A stretch of DNA of 61,461 bases from Candidatus Fermentibacteraceae bacterium (GTDB lineage: Bacteria; Fermentibacterota; Fermentibacteria; Fermentibacterales; JCC-6), in assembly GCA_041686025.1 (NCBI GenBank), contig JAWLEP010000018.1, positions 1 to 61,461 of the forward strand, written 5' to 3'. The notes under the pieces were generated by a model, which had not been told where the DNA came from, did no database searches, and saw nothing but the letters and a program-made list of their open reading frames with translations. A program made the translations under genes and the position numbers. Of the stretch, positions 20,344-30,123 are shown piece by piece. Positions within the stretch are counted from its first letter, which is position 1; each line of letters begins with the position of its first letter.

Positions 20344-21681
20344 CTACTCGCTGTCGGTCATCTCCGGGTAGAGCCTCTTCATGCAGTCCGAGCAGAGACC
20401 GTGGCTGAACTGTGCGGTGGAATGCGTGGAGACGTAGGTCTCGATCCTCTGCCAGTAGCCGTCGTCGTCCCTGATCCTCTTGCAGCTGGCGCATATGGGA
20501 AGCATGCCGCTGAGCGTCTTCACCTCGGAGAGGGCCCGCCGCAGGTCTGCGTTGACCTGTTCGAGCTCCCTGTTCTTCGCAGCGATCTCGTCACGCTGTA
20601 TCGCGGTTCTGACCTCGGCGGCGATGCGCATCTGCGAGAGATCGTGGTCCTTCTCCTTCCTCTTGAGCTCCTCGTAGTCCTCGATGTACTCCTCCAGCAG
20701 GTCGAACGCCTCTTCGGCATCGCCCTGCAGCCTGAGGACACGGGCCCGCAGCTTCTTGAGCTTCTTTCTGGGAAGCTCGTCTCCCTGGCTCTCCCCGAAC
20801 AGCCCCCGGGCGGTCTCCAGCACCTTCGAGGCCTCCCCGGGACGCTTCAGCTCCAGCAGGGCCTCTGCCTCAAGGAGACGCAGACGGGCCCTGAAGTCGG
20901 GCTGCTCGGGCCCGGCGGTGTCCTTCAGGGTCTCCCTGCAGACCGCCAGGGCCCGCCCGGGCCTCCCGGCGGCGATAAGCGTCCGGGCGTAGCCGGCGGC
21001 TACCATCAGCTTCTCCCAGACGAGTCCCTCCTCCCGCCTGGACTCGAGGGCCCGCTGGTGGTATGCGATCGCCTCGTCGTAGTCGTCGCTCTCGTACTTG
21101 ATCTTCGCGATGCGGTCCAGGCAGAATGCCTCCCCGGGCTCGTAGCCCGAGAGCTCGAAGAGCTCCCCGGCCCGGTGCAGGTGCTCCAGGGCTCCCTCGT
21201 ACTCCCCCCTGACATGGAGGATGTCGGAGATGTTGAGCCTGGCCTGCCCCTCCTCCTTGGGCATCCCATGCTCCTTGGCCATCTCCAGCGTCCGGGAGAG
21301 CTGCCGGTAGGCGGCTCCGAGGTCACCGAGCTTCAGCAGGAGGCTTCCGTAGTTGCCCCGGGCGCCGACCTCCTCGGCGACATCCCCGGCTTCATGGTAA
21401 TAGCTCGCAGCGGCGTGACTGGAGAGCAGCGCCTCCCTGTGCCTGCCTGCTATGTAGTTGAAGTCCGCCAGGGCTCTATTCAGCAGGGCCTTCTGACCAT
21501 CCAGGCCCGGCTGGCCGGCCAGCATCGACAGCCCCTCGACTACCATCTTCCGGGCGCGCTCCAGGTCGCCGTCCCTGTACACCGAAACTGCGCCGTCGTA
21601 GACCGCCTGCACGGCCTGGATGCAGCGGTCCGGGTCACCCGAGTCGAGACATGACCGCAGCTCTTCGATCTCTTCTGTCAT
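20344..21681 (-). CDS. TPR protein with coiled coil and C-terminal Cys/His (LPICxxCK...SHGxCxxC) domain
   Basis: TPR-like helices; LSGMLPICASCKRIRDDDGYWQ...FSHGLCSDC. Confidence 0.8.
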   Translation of the reverse strand: MTEEIEELRSCLDSGDPDRCIQAVQAVYDGAVSVYRDGDLERARKMVVEGLSMLAGQPGLDGQKALLNRALADFNYIAGRHREALLSSHAAASYYHEAGDVAEEVGARGNYGSLLLKLGDLGAAYRQLSRTLEMAKEHGMPKEEGQARLNISDILHVRGEYEGALEHLHRAGELFELSGYEPGEAFCLDRIAKIKYESDDYDEAIAYHQRALESRREEGLVWEKLMVAAGYARTLIAAGRPGRALAVCRETLKDTAGPEQPDFRARLRLLEAEALLELKRPGEASKVLETARGLFGESQGDELPRKKLKKLRARVLRLQGDAEEAFDLLEEYIEDYEELKRKEKDHDLSQMRIAAEVRTAIQRDEIAAKNRELEQVNADLRRALSEVKTLSGMLPICASCKRIRDDDGYWQRIETYVSTHSTAQFSHGLCSDCMKRLYPEMTDSE

Positions 21682-22022
21682 CGGTGCGCCTCTCCAGCAG
21701 CCTGCCGGACGCCCCGGCCGCGTGGGCCCGGCCGTATGTCAGACCAAGAGGGAATGGCCGGCATGGGCAGGGGCAGTAATACCGCTCCACGGGCTCCATC
21801 TCCGAAAGGCCCGCCGTGCCGGGGCCACCCCTTCTTCGCGCGGAGGAATGTCTCAGCCCCATGCAGCAATATGCAACAAGTTAATCCCCGGGCCAGGGGT
21901 CCGGCCCGTTACAGCCCCCGGGACCGGCCGCCAAGCTGTTGGCCTTCGACACCGTGGCCTACTGACGACGCTGGCCCTGAGACCGCCATCCTGCAGGTAT
22001 TGCCTCCCTCCCGGCGGCGGGG

Positions 22023-22058
22023 TTGACGGATCATATAGGTATATTACTATAAGCCTAT
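22023..22058 (+). promoter_or_regulatory. Sigma70-like promoter with overlapping inverted repeat (putative ArsR operator)
   Basis: TTGACG 22023-28, TACTAT 22045-50, ATAGG...CCTAT 22035-22058. Confidence 0.6.
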
Positions 22059-22356
22059 GAATCTGCGGGAGCTGGCCGACGTTCACCGTGCCCTGTCATC
22101 GGAGACCCGACTGCGGATACTCCGCATGCTTGCCGGCAGGCCCATGTGCGTCAACGCGATAACGCGAAGGCTGGGAATCAGCCAGCCCTCGGTGTCCCAG
22201 CACCTGGCCGTTCTCAGCCGGGCGGGTCTGGTGAGGGGGAGCAGGGAGGGCTCCAGGGTGCATTACAGCCTGAACGACGGGGAGCTGGAGAGACTGAGCC
22301 GGGTGCTGTCCCGTCTGCCGTACTGCGGAAGGGGCGTCGATTACCACCGGGACTAG
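22057..22356 (+). CDS. ArsR/SmtB family repressor
   Basis: ALSSETRLRIL, PMCVNAI, SQPSVSQHL. Confidence 0.88.
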   Translation: MNLRELADVHRALSSETRLRILRMLAGRPMCVNAITRRLGISQPSVSQHLAVLSRAGLVRGSREGSRVHYSLNDGELERLSRVLSRLPYCGRGVDYHRD

Positions 22357-24175
22357 CGGCCGGAGAGGCCCGGGGGGCCGAAAGGACCGCGGTGGCGACC
22401 GGGGTCCCGGACCATCGGCTTGGTCCATCCTGAAGAGGCTTTCTACCTATGTTAGGCCCCATCTCGGCCTGTTCCTGGCCACTGTCGGTGCCGCCGTGGG
22501 CGCTGCCGCGTTCGAGCTGATGCCCCCTCTGGTGATCCGCATGGCGGTGGACCGGGCGATCAGGGGCGGGGACACCGGCCTCATATGGCTGTGGGCCGGC
22601 GGCCTGCTGGGCATCTCGATCATCCAGGGCGGTGTGGACTTCCTCCGGCTGTACCTAACCGCGCTGGTGGGCCAGAAGATAGTCTTCCGCATACGCAACA
22701 GCCTCTTCGAGCACCTGAACAGGCTGTCCTTCTCCTTCTACGACCGGGCCCGTACCGGCGATCTGATGTCCCGGGTGACCGCCGACACCGAGATCCTCAG
22801 CCAGTTCTTCGGCCGGGCGGGGATCATCGTGCTGACCAACGTCCTGTTCCTGCTGGGGGTGCTTTTGATCCTCCTCTCCTGGAGCTGGCTGCTGGGGGCG
22901 GCATATGCGGCGATGATACCGGTCATGGTCCTGGCCGTTCGCATCTACGCCCTGCGGGTACGGCCGGCCATGAGCCGGCTGCGCAGGAGCCTGGGCCGGA
23001 TGGGCAACACCCTGCAGGGGACCCTGGCCGGCATCCTGGTGGTCAGGATCCTGGGCCGCGAGGCCCTGGAGCAGAGCCGCTTCGGGCAATCCAACAGCGA
23101 GTACATGAGCGCGGGGATGACGGCGGTCAGGGTGCAGTCGCTGTGGATGCCCTTCGTGAACGTTCTCATGGGCGTGGGAATGGCCCTGGTGCTGTGGGTC
23201 GGTGGATACGGCAGGATAGAGGGGTTCGTTTCCATGGGGACGCTGGTGGCGTTCACCGCCTACAACGGAATGCTCCTGCGGCCGGTGAGACAGACCGGGA
23301 TGATGATGAACGTAATCATGAGGTCGCTGGCCGCCGCCGAGCGGATCTTCGAGGTACTGGACACCCCCCCCGAGGTGACGGATGCTCCGGGTGCCCGTCC
23401 CCTTCCCGCCGCCGAGGGCGCGGTGAGGTTCGAGAACGTCTGGTTCGGCTACGAGAAGGAGAGCGCGGTTCTGCGGGACGTTTGCCTGGAGGCCGACCCC
23501 GGGGACCTCGTAGCCCTGGTGGGCCCCTCCGGGGCGGGCAAGAGTACCCTCGTCCATCTGATACCCAGGTTCTACGACGTGGACCGCGGCCGCATCACCA
23601 TCGACGGACACGACCTGAGGGAAGTGACCGTGGAGAGTCTCCGCGGGCAGGTGGGCATCGCCCTGCAGGACGTGTTTCTGTTCGACACCTCTATCCGCGA
23701 GAACATCGCCTACGGCAGCCCCGGGGTCTCCGACATGGAGATCGAGCGGGCGGCGGCGGACGTTCGAATACATGATTTCATAACCTCGCTGCCCATGGCC
23801 TACGGCACCCCGGTGGGCGAGAAGGGGGTCCGCCTCTCCGGCGGGCAGAGGCAGCGGATCGCCCTGGCCCGGGTGCTCCTCCGCAACCCTCGGGTGCTGA
23901 TACTTGACGAGCCCACCTCCAGCGTGGACGCGGAAACCGAGCGGCGCATGCAGGAGGCCTTCGAGAGGGTCAGGCTGAAGAGGACAACCTTCGTGATCGC
24001 CCACAGGCTGTGGACCGTGCAGCACGCCGACCGGATCGTGGTGCTGAACCGGGGCCGGGTCGTGGAGCGTGCGAAGAGCACCGGCGGCGTCTCCGCTCAT
24101 CTGGGGCTTCTGCGCTCCGGGGGCCTCTACAGCCGGCTCTACGGCCTGCAGTTCCAGGGAGAGGTCCGGACGTGA
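22340..24175 (+). CDS. ABC exporter half-transporter (TMD+NBD); start uncertain (ATT 22340 or GTG 22496)
   Basis: TGDLMSR, GPSGAGKST, LSGGQRQR, ILDEPTS. Confidence 0.9.
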   Translation: MTTGTSGRRGPGGRKDRGGDRGPGPSAWSILKRLSTYVRPHLGLFLATVGAAVGAAAFELMPPLVIRMAVDRAIRGGDTGLIWLWAGGLLGISIIQGGVDFLRLYLTALVGQKIVFRIRNSLFEHLNRLSFSFYDRARTGDLMSRVTADTEILSQFFGRAGIIVLTNVLFLLGVLLILLSWSWLLGAAYAAMIPVMVLAVRIYALRVRPAMSRLRRSLGRMGNTLQGTLAGILVVRILGREALEQSRFGQSNSEYMSAGMTAVRVQSLWMPFVNVLMGVGMALVLWVGGYGRIEGFVSMGTLVAFTAYNGMLLRPVRQTGMMMNVIMRSLAAAERIFEVLDTPPEVTDAPGARPLPAAEGAVRFENVWFGYEKESAVLRDVCLEADPGDLVALVGPSGAGKSTLVHLIPRFYDVDRGRITIDGHDLREVTVESLRGQVGIALQDVFLFDTSIRENIAYGSPGVSDMEIERAAADVRIHDFITSLPMAYGTPVGEKGVRLSGGQRQRIALARVLLRNPRVLILDEPTSSVDAETERRMQEAFERVRLKRTTFVIAHRLWTVQHADRIVVLNRGRVVERAKSTGGVSAHLGLLRSGGLYSRLYGLQFQGEVRT

Positions 24176-26001
24176 ACATCCGCGGCGGCTTCATGAGACG
24201 CCTCCAGAGGGAGGAGGCGGAGTTCAGTCTCTCCGATCTGGGAAGCGGCTCGCTGAGAATAATCGCCCGCTACGTCAGGCCCTACCTGGGCCGGGTCCTG
24301 CTGGCGGCCCTCCTGATGCTGGTGGCCACCGCCGCATCGCTGGCCATGCCCCTTCTGGCGAAGATCGCGGTTGACCGCTACATAGTTCCCGGCGACCTCT
24401 CCGGACTGACCGTGGTGGCGCTGGCCTATCTCGGGCTCGCGGTGGTCTTCTGGCCGGCTTCCTTCGGCCAGGGATACCTTTCCGGATGGGTGAGCCAGCG
24501 GGTGGTCCACGACCTCAGGAGGGACATGGTGGCCAACCTGCTGCGCCAGTCGCTGGAGTTCCACCGGCGCGAGCGGGTGGGGCAGATGATGTCCCGGGTC
24601 ACCAACGACGTGAGCAACGTGGCGGATTTCGTCTCCACCAGCCTCATCAACCTTGTCAACGACGTGCTGACAGTTTCCGCCATCGTGGTGGTGATGGCGA
24701 TTCTGAACCTTCGTCTCACCCTGGTGACGATGCTTAGCGTTCCGGTGGTGATCCTGGGCCTGAGCCTGCTGGCCCGTAGGATGCGCCGGGCCTACTTGCA
24801 TGTCCAGCAGGAGATTGCGGCGGTCAATACGGGCGTGGAGCAGGGGGTCACCGGGATGAGGGTCACCAAGTCCCTTGCCCGCGAGTCCTTCAATGTAGAG
24901 CAGTTCGAGATGCTGAGCCTGCGGAACATGAGGGCCAACCTGCATACGGCGGTCCTGTTCGCGGCCCTCTTCCCGGTGATGACCGTGAGCAACATGCTCA
25001 GCGTGGCGCTGGTCATCGGCTACGGCGGAACGCTGGTGGCCGCCGGGACGATGACCATCGGCGTGATATTCGCCTTCCTGGGCTACGTGACCCGGTTCTT
25101 CGGGCCCCTGCGCGAGCTCAGCCTGGTGTACAACGCCCTTCAGGCGGCGGCGGCCTCCCTGGCCAGGATAGGCGAGTACCTCCGTCTGGAGCCGGAGATC
25201 TCCCAGCCGAGGAAGACCCGGAACAGGCCCCCGCAGGGCTTCCGGGGCCGGGTCGACTTCAGGGGGGTGAGCTTCGCCTACTCCGAGGAACCGGTGCTGC
25301 GGGACGTGACCCTGTCGGTGGAGCCTTCGCGGACCCTGGCCCTGGTGGGCCCCACCGGGGCCGGGAAGAGCACGCTGGGCCTTCTTCTGGCCAGGCTCTA
25401 CGTGCCCGGGGAGGGCCGGATAGAGATAGACGGCGTCGGCCTGGAGGATATCGGGGCGGCGGAGCTCCGCCGGCTGGTGACGGTGGTGCCCCAGGAGGCC
25501 TACCTGTTCCCCGGGACCATTATGGAGAACATCCGCTATGGGGACCCGGAGGCCGACGAAGAAGCGGTGAAGCGGGCGGCCCGGCTGGTGCGGGCCCACA
25601 ACTTCATAGAGGACCTTCCGCGGGGTTACGAGAGCCGGACCGGAGAGGCGGGAGGAAGGCTCTCGGGCGGGCAGAAGCAGCTCATCGCGCTGGCCCGGGC
25701 CCTGCTGAAGGACCCGCTGATCATGGTCCTGGACGAGACCACCGCACACGTGGACGCGCTTACGGAGAGCCGGCTGCATGAAGGGATGGACGAGCTGTCC
25801 CGCAACAGAACCACCATCGTGATAGCGCACAGGTTCTCCACCCTCAGGAGGGCGGACAGCATCGCGGTCCTGGACGAGGGGCGCATTGTGGCCAGGGGGT
25901 CGCACGGGGACCTGATGAGGGACAGCGCCGCCTACCGCAGGCTCTATCGGAAGCAGTGGGCATCCTCCCGCTCCCGCGAGACGTCGGACGGTGAAGCATG
26001 A
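24172..26001 (+). CDS. ABC exporter half-transporter (heterodimer partner)
   Basis: GQMMSRVTND, GPTGAGKST, LSGGQKQ, VLDETT; GTGA overlap. Confidence 0.9.
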   Translation: MNIRGGFMRRLQREEAEFSLSDLGSGSLRIIARYVRPYLGRVLLAALLMLVATAASLAMPLLAKIAVDRYIVPGDLSGLTVVALAYLGLAVVFWPASFGQGYLSGWVSQRVVHDLRRDMVANLLRQSLEFHRRERVGQMMSRVTNDVSNVADFVSTSLINLVNDVLTVSAIVVVMAILNLRLTLVTMLSVPVVILGLSLLARRMRRAYLHVQQEIAAVNTGVEQGVTGMRVTKSLARESFNVEQFEMLSLRNMRANLHTAVLFAALFPVMTVSNMLSVALVIGYGGTLVAAGTMTIGVIFAFLGYVTRFFGPLRELSLVYNALQAAAASLARIGEYLRLEPEISQPRKTRNRPPQGFRGRVDFRGVSFAYSEEPVLRDVTLSVEPSRTLALVGPTGAGKSTLGLLLARLYVPGEGRIEIDGVGLEDIGAAELRRLVTVVPQEAYLFPGTIMENIRYGDPEADEEAVKRAARLVRAHNFIEDLPRGYESRTGEAGGRLSGGQKQLIALARALLKDPLIMVLDETTAHVDALTESRLHEGMDELSRNRTTIVIAHRFSTLRRADSIAVLDEGRIVARGSHGDLMRDSAAYRRLYRKQWASSRSRETSDGEA

Positions 26002-26028
26002 GCCGCAAGAAGAACGGTCAGGGGGACA

Positions 26029-27024
26029 ATGGCAAGACAACGACAGCGCGACGGTGACCGGCTGATCGAGGTCAGCGGTGTCACCAAGCGGTTCGGCGAG
26101 GTCAAGGCCCTGGACGGCGTGTCCTTCGGGGTGAGCAGGGGAGAGCTCTTCGGATTCCTGGGACCCAACGGAGCGGGCAAGACCACCACCATCAACATCC
26201 TCACCGGCCTGGCCAGGGCGGACACCGGAAAGGTACGGATAGCCGGCATCGACTGCGTGGAGAACCACGGCGCCGCCCAGCACCTGATCGGCATCGTGCC
26301 CGATGAGAGCAACCTCTACCCCGAGCTCTCCGGCTTCGACAACCTCTGCTTCTGCGCCTCCCTCTACGGCATCCGCCGCGATGAGCGCCGGAAGCGGGCG
26401 CTGCGGCTGCTGGAGCTGTTCGGGCTCTCCGGCGCCGCCGGCCGGAGGTTCGGGGGCTACTCCAAGGGTATGAAGCGCAAGCTGACCATAGCCGCCGGTA
26501 TCGTACACCGGCCCGAGATACTGTTCCTCGATGAGCCCACCACGGGCATAGACGTGGCCAGCGCCCGCCAGATCCGCAGGCTGATCGCCGACCTCAACGG
26601 GAGGGGGACCACCGTTTTCCTCACCACCCACTACATCGAGGAGGCCGAGAGGCTCTGCGGGCGGATTGCCTTCATAGTGAGGGGGAGGATAGTGGAAGTC
26701 GATTCCGTCTCCGATCTTCTGCGGCCGATGCAGGACTGGCAGTCCCTTGTGCTGGCGGTGTCCGACTCTCCCGGAGACCTGGCCCGGCGCCTCGCCGACG
26801 CATTTCCGGAACACGATTTCACCCCGGACTCCGAGGGGATGGTCCGGGTCGATTCCCGCCGGGAGGTGAGACTCGGCCCTCTGGTGCGGTTCATCGAGCG
26901 AGAGGGAGCAGTGGTGACTGAGGCCCGAAGGCTGCGGCCCAGCCTGGAGGACGTGTTCGTGCGGATAACCGGCATCGAGGCCGACCTCATGCGGAGCGAG
27001 AAGGAGGGAGGTGTTCGGCGGTGA
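26029..27024 (+). CDS. ABC-2 type exporter ATP-binding protein
   Basis: GPNGAGKTT, YSKGMKRK, FLDEPT, PSLEDVF. Confidence 0.92.
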   Translation: MARQRQRDGDRLIEVSGVTKRFGEVKALDGVSFGVSRGELFGFLGPNGAGKTTTINILTGLARADTGKVRIAGIDCVENHGAAQHLIGIVPDESNLYPELSGFDNLCFCASLYGIRRDERRKRALRLLELFGLSGAAGRRFGGYSKGMKRKLTIAAGIVHRPEILFLDEPTTGIDVASARQIRRLIADLNGRGTTVFLTTHYIEEAERLCGRIAFIVRGRIVEVDSVSDLLRPMQDWQSLVLAVSDSPGDLARRLADAFPEHDFTPDSEGMVRVDSRREVRLGPLVRFIEREGAVVTEARRLRPSLEDVFVRITGIEADLMRSEKEGGVRR

Positions 27025-27758
27025 GCGGATGGATCGCCTTCTGGAACATACTGCGCAAAGACCTGCAGGCCTATTACCTGAAGCCTCCGAATATCAGCTG
27101 GGGTCTGATATTTCCCATCGCCTGGACGGGGATGTTCTTCATCAGGTCGGGAAGCGGCCTTGAAGACGTGCTCACCCTGCTTCCCGGGGTGGTCTCCATA
27201 TCGGTGCTTTTCGGAACCACCTCCATGCTGGCGGTGACGGTGACGTTCGAGAAGAAGGGCCGCTCCTTCGAACGCCTGCTGCTGGCCCCGATATCCCTGC
27301 TGCGGCTGATGCTGGCCAAGACCAGCGGGGCCATACTCTTCGGAGTGGCCAACGCCATGGTGCCCCTGGTCCTGGCCTCATTCCTCACGGACCTGTCCGG
27401 GATCGCCTGGCCGGCGCTTGCCGCGGCGGTGGCTCTCATCTCCACGGTTACCACCTTCCTGGGACTGTTCGTGGCCGTATCGGTAAAGGAGGTGTTCGAG
27501 GCCCAGACCTTCTCCAACTTCTTCCGCTTCCCCATGATCTTCCTCTGCGGCCTGTTCTTCCCCATAGAGGCGCTGCCCGTCGCGCTCCGTCCGCTCTCCT
27601 ACGCCCTGCCGCTCACCTACGGCACGGACATACTCCACGGAGCGGTCCACGGCGGCAACGCTCTCCCCCTGGCGCTGGACTTCGCAGCCATAATCGGTTT
27701 CAGCGTGTTGCTGTTCGCCGTCAGCCTGCGCAACATCAACAGGAAATGGATACTTTAG
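27021..27758 (+). CDS. ABC-2 type permease
   Basis: FERLLLAP, FLCGLFFP...LPLTYG. Confidence 0.88.
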   Translation: MSGWIAFWNILRKDLQAYYLKPPNISWGLIFPIAWTGMFFIRSGSGLEDVLTLLPGVVSISVLFGTTSMLAVTVTFEKKGRSFERLLLAPISLLRLMLAKTSGAILFGVANAMVPLVLASFLTDLSGIAWPALAAAVALISTVTTFLGLFVAVSVKEVFEAQTFSNFFRFPMIFLCGLFFPIEALPVALRPLSYALPLTYGTDILHGAVHGGNALPLALDFAAIIGFSVLLFAVSLRNINRKWIL

Positions 27759-27796
27759 GAAGGCAGCGTTGAGGGCGAGGCCCGGCGCTTCTTCGC

Positions 27797-28567
27797 CTAC
27801 AGCCCCCGGGACCGGCCCATCCGGTGGAACATGCAGGCCAGACCGAACAGCACGCCGCTGTAGGCCACCAGCACGGCCAGGGACAGCCCCGGCGACAGCC
27901 AGGTGGTCTGGCCGAAGGCCGAGCGTATGGCGGCTGCGCCGTAGGTGAGCGGAGATACCGGAGCCACCCATCGGACCCAGACGGGCATCTCCAGCAGGGG
28001 GACGAAGACGCCGCTGACGAAGATAAGCGGCAGGCGGACCAGGTTGGACAGCAGCATGATGTTGGACGGCCCCCGCACAGGAGGCGCCGCCAGCAGCACC
28101 CCCATGGAGGAGAAGCAGAGGGCGGAGAGGACGGTGCCTCCCGCCAGCAGCGGCCGGCTCTCCACCGCGGCCTCGGTGAGCAGCAGTCCCAGGGCCACAG
28201 GCAGCGCCGAGATAACGATGCCGAAGAGGAAACCGCTCAGCACGTCGCCCGCCAGCAGGGCCGGTACACCCAGTGGGGTGGAGATCAGCCGCTCGTAGGT
28301 CTTGGCAGTCCTTTCCCAGGGGGTCACCAGGGGACCCACGGCGCTGGCTGTGAACCACAGAGCCATGGCCACCATCCCGGGGACAACCATCTCCGAAGGG
28401 ACGGGCCTCCCCATGCGGAAGGCGATGTAGAAGAAGACGGGGAAGAGGACTCCGAATATCAGCACCGGGGGCTTGAGGTAGTACAGCAGGGCGTTCTTCT
28501 TCAGCACCACCAGGGCGCCGTGGGCCTGCCTCCTCCAGCCGGCGGCCCTCTCGGCCCTGGCCGTCAT
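27797..28567 (-). CDS. ABC-2 type permease
   Basis: YERLISTP, FVSGVFVP...SPLTYG. Confidence 0.88.
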   Translation of the reverse strand: MTARAERAAGWRRQAHGALVVLKKNALLYYLKPPVLIFGVLFPVFFYIAFRMGRPVPSEMVVPGMVAMALWFTASAVGPLVTPWERTAKTYERLISTPLGVPALLAGDVLSGFLFGIVISALPVALGLLLTEAAVESRPLLAGGTVLSALCFSSMGVLLAAPPVRGPSNIMLLSNLVRLPLIFVSGVFVPLLEMPVWVRWVAPVSPLTYGAAAIRSAFGQTTWLSPGLSLAVLVAYSGVLFGLACMFHRMGRSRGL

Positions 28568-29496
28568 CGTGCCCCGCCCTCTCCGGTGAGGCGCAGAAAG
28601 ACCTCCTCCAGGCTGGGCTTGCGCGTACATATGTGCGAGAGCTCCAGCCCCTGCCGCCGGGCGTGCTCCACGACCGCCAGCGCCGTGGCGCCCGGGTCGG
28701 GGGTCAGCAGCCGCCACAGCTCTCCGGCCCGCTCCAGGCCGGTTACGCCTTCCAGGCCCTCCAGCTGATCGCCGGAGACCGGGCCGCCCAGGCCCACCTC
28801 CACGAACTGGCTGCTCCGTATGGCGCTGCGCAGCCTGCCGGGGGTGTCAATGGCCACCAGGCTTCCCTTGCTGATTATGGCTATCCGGGAGCAGAGCTCC
28901 CCGGCCTCCTCCATGTTGTGGGTGGTCAGGAAGACGGTGATTCCCTCGTCCCGGAGGTCGGCCACGATGTCCCTTATCAGCCGGGCGCTGTGGACGTCCA
29001 GGCCGCTGGTGGGCTCATCCAGGAACAGCACCTCCGGCCTGGTCACCAGGGCCGCGGCCAGCACCAGCCTCTGGCGGAGGCCCTTGGAGAGGGCCGCCGC
29101 CTTCTGGCCGGCCCGGTCTGCCAGCCCCAGCCGCTCCAGCAGGCCGTCGGTCCTGTCCAGCCTGGTTCGTCTGGGTATGCCGTACAGCTCGGCCATGAGC
29201 AGGACGTTCCGGCGGACGCTGAGGTCCATGTAGACGTTGGACTCCTCGGGGACCACGGCGATTGTGGCCCGGGACTGCAGCGGCTGGCGCCGTATGTCGT
29301 AGCCCATGATGGAGGCGGTGCCGGAGGTGGGGGAGAGGACGCCGGTGAGCATCCGCACCGTGGTGGTCTTGCCGGCGCCGTTCGGCCCCAGGAAGGCGAA
29401 GACCTCCCCGCGCTCCACCGAGAAGGAGACCCGGTCCACCGCGACCGTCTTCCCGAAGCGCCTGGTCAGTCCGTCGACCTCGATGGCAGATGGCAC
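28564..29496 (-). CDS. ABC-2 type exporter ATP-binding protein
   Basis: GPNGAGKTT, LSKGLRQR, FLDEPT, PSLEEVF. Confidence 0.92.
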   Translation of the reverse strand: MPSAIEVDGLTRRFGKTVAVDRVSFSVERGEVFAFLGPNGAGKTTTVRMLTGVLSPTSGTASIMGYDIRRQPLQSRATIAVVPEESNVYMDLSVRRNVLLMAELYGIPRRTRLDRTDGLLERLGLADRAGQKAAALSKGLRQRLVLAAALVTRPEVLFLDEPTSGLDVHSARLIRDIVADLRDEGITVFLTTHNMEEAGELCSRIAIISKGSLVAIDTPGRLRSAIRSSQFVEVGLGGPVSGDQLEGLEGVTGLERAGELWRLLTPDPGATALAVVEHARRQGLELSHICTRKPSLEEVFLRLTGEGGAR

Positions 29497-29564
29497 CCCT
29501 CATCCTCTCCGAAAGGCGAGGCATCCGACGGCGATGCCGCCGGATGCCTCCGTCGAACCGGGGC

Positions 29565-30095
29565 TCAGTGGCAGCCGCCGCCGCTGCAGTCGCAGTCTTC
29601 GGACTCCAGCGATGCGAGGCTCTCCAGCTGCTCCTGTGTCAGGACGTTCCTGACCCTCTCGCTGACTCCCGCCATGATCTCCGCCCTCTCGCGGATCATC
29701 TCGACACGCGCGGAGACCATCTCCTCTATCTCCTCGGAGGTGACGGGGGTGGATACAAGCCCTGCTGCGTCGTGGCAGAGGGCGTCGTCACCTTCGTGGC
29801 AGTCTTCGGTCAGAGCGTAGATCCGATCCTGGGCCTCCTCCAGGATGGACTGCAGCTCCTCGGCCTGCGCGTCCGTAACATCGACGCAGCGCAGCAGACA
29901 GGCCATCTCCTCGAGACCGCCGTAGCCGCAGACGCCCGCGGGGCCCGACCCGTGATGCGACGTGACGCGTCCGCGAGCGGGCCCGCAGCCCTGGCCGGTA
30001 CCCATTCGCCCGCCGCAGGGGAAGGCCGTCGCGGCGGAGGCCAGGGCCAGAACCGCCAGCGCGGAAAACACCGTTGCTGTCCTCGTCCTTCTCAT
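29565..30095 (-). CDS. Spy/CpxP-like periplasmic protein, Cys/His-rich
   Basis: Signal peptide; two LTxxQ-type motifs (VTDAQ, VLTQEQ). Confidence 0.7.
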   Translation of the reverse strand: MRRTRTATVFSALAVLALASAATAFPCGGRMGTGQGCGPARGRVTSHHGSGPAGVCGYGGLEEMACLLRCVDVTDAQAEELQSILEEAQDRIYALTEDCHEGDDALCHDAAGLVSTPVTSEEIEEMVSARVEMIRERAEIMAGVSERVRNVLTQEQLESLASLESEDCDCSGGGCH

Positions 30096-30123
30096 GTGTC
30101 TCCTTTCCGAGATTATTCGGCTG

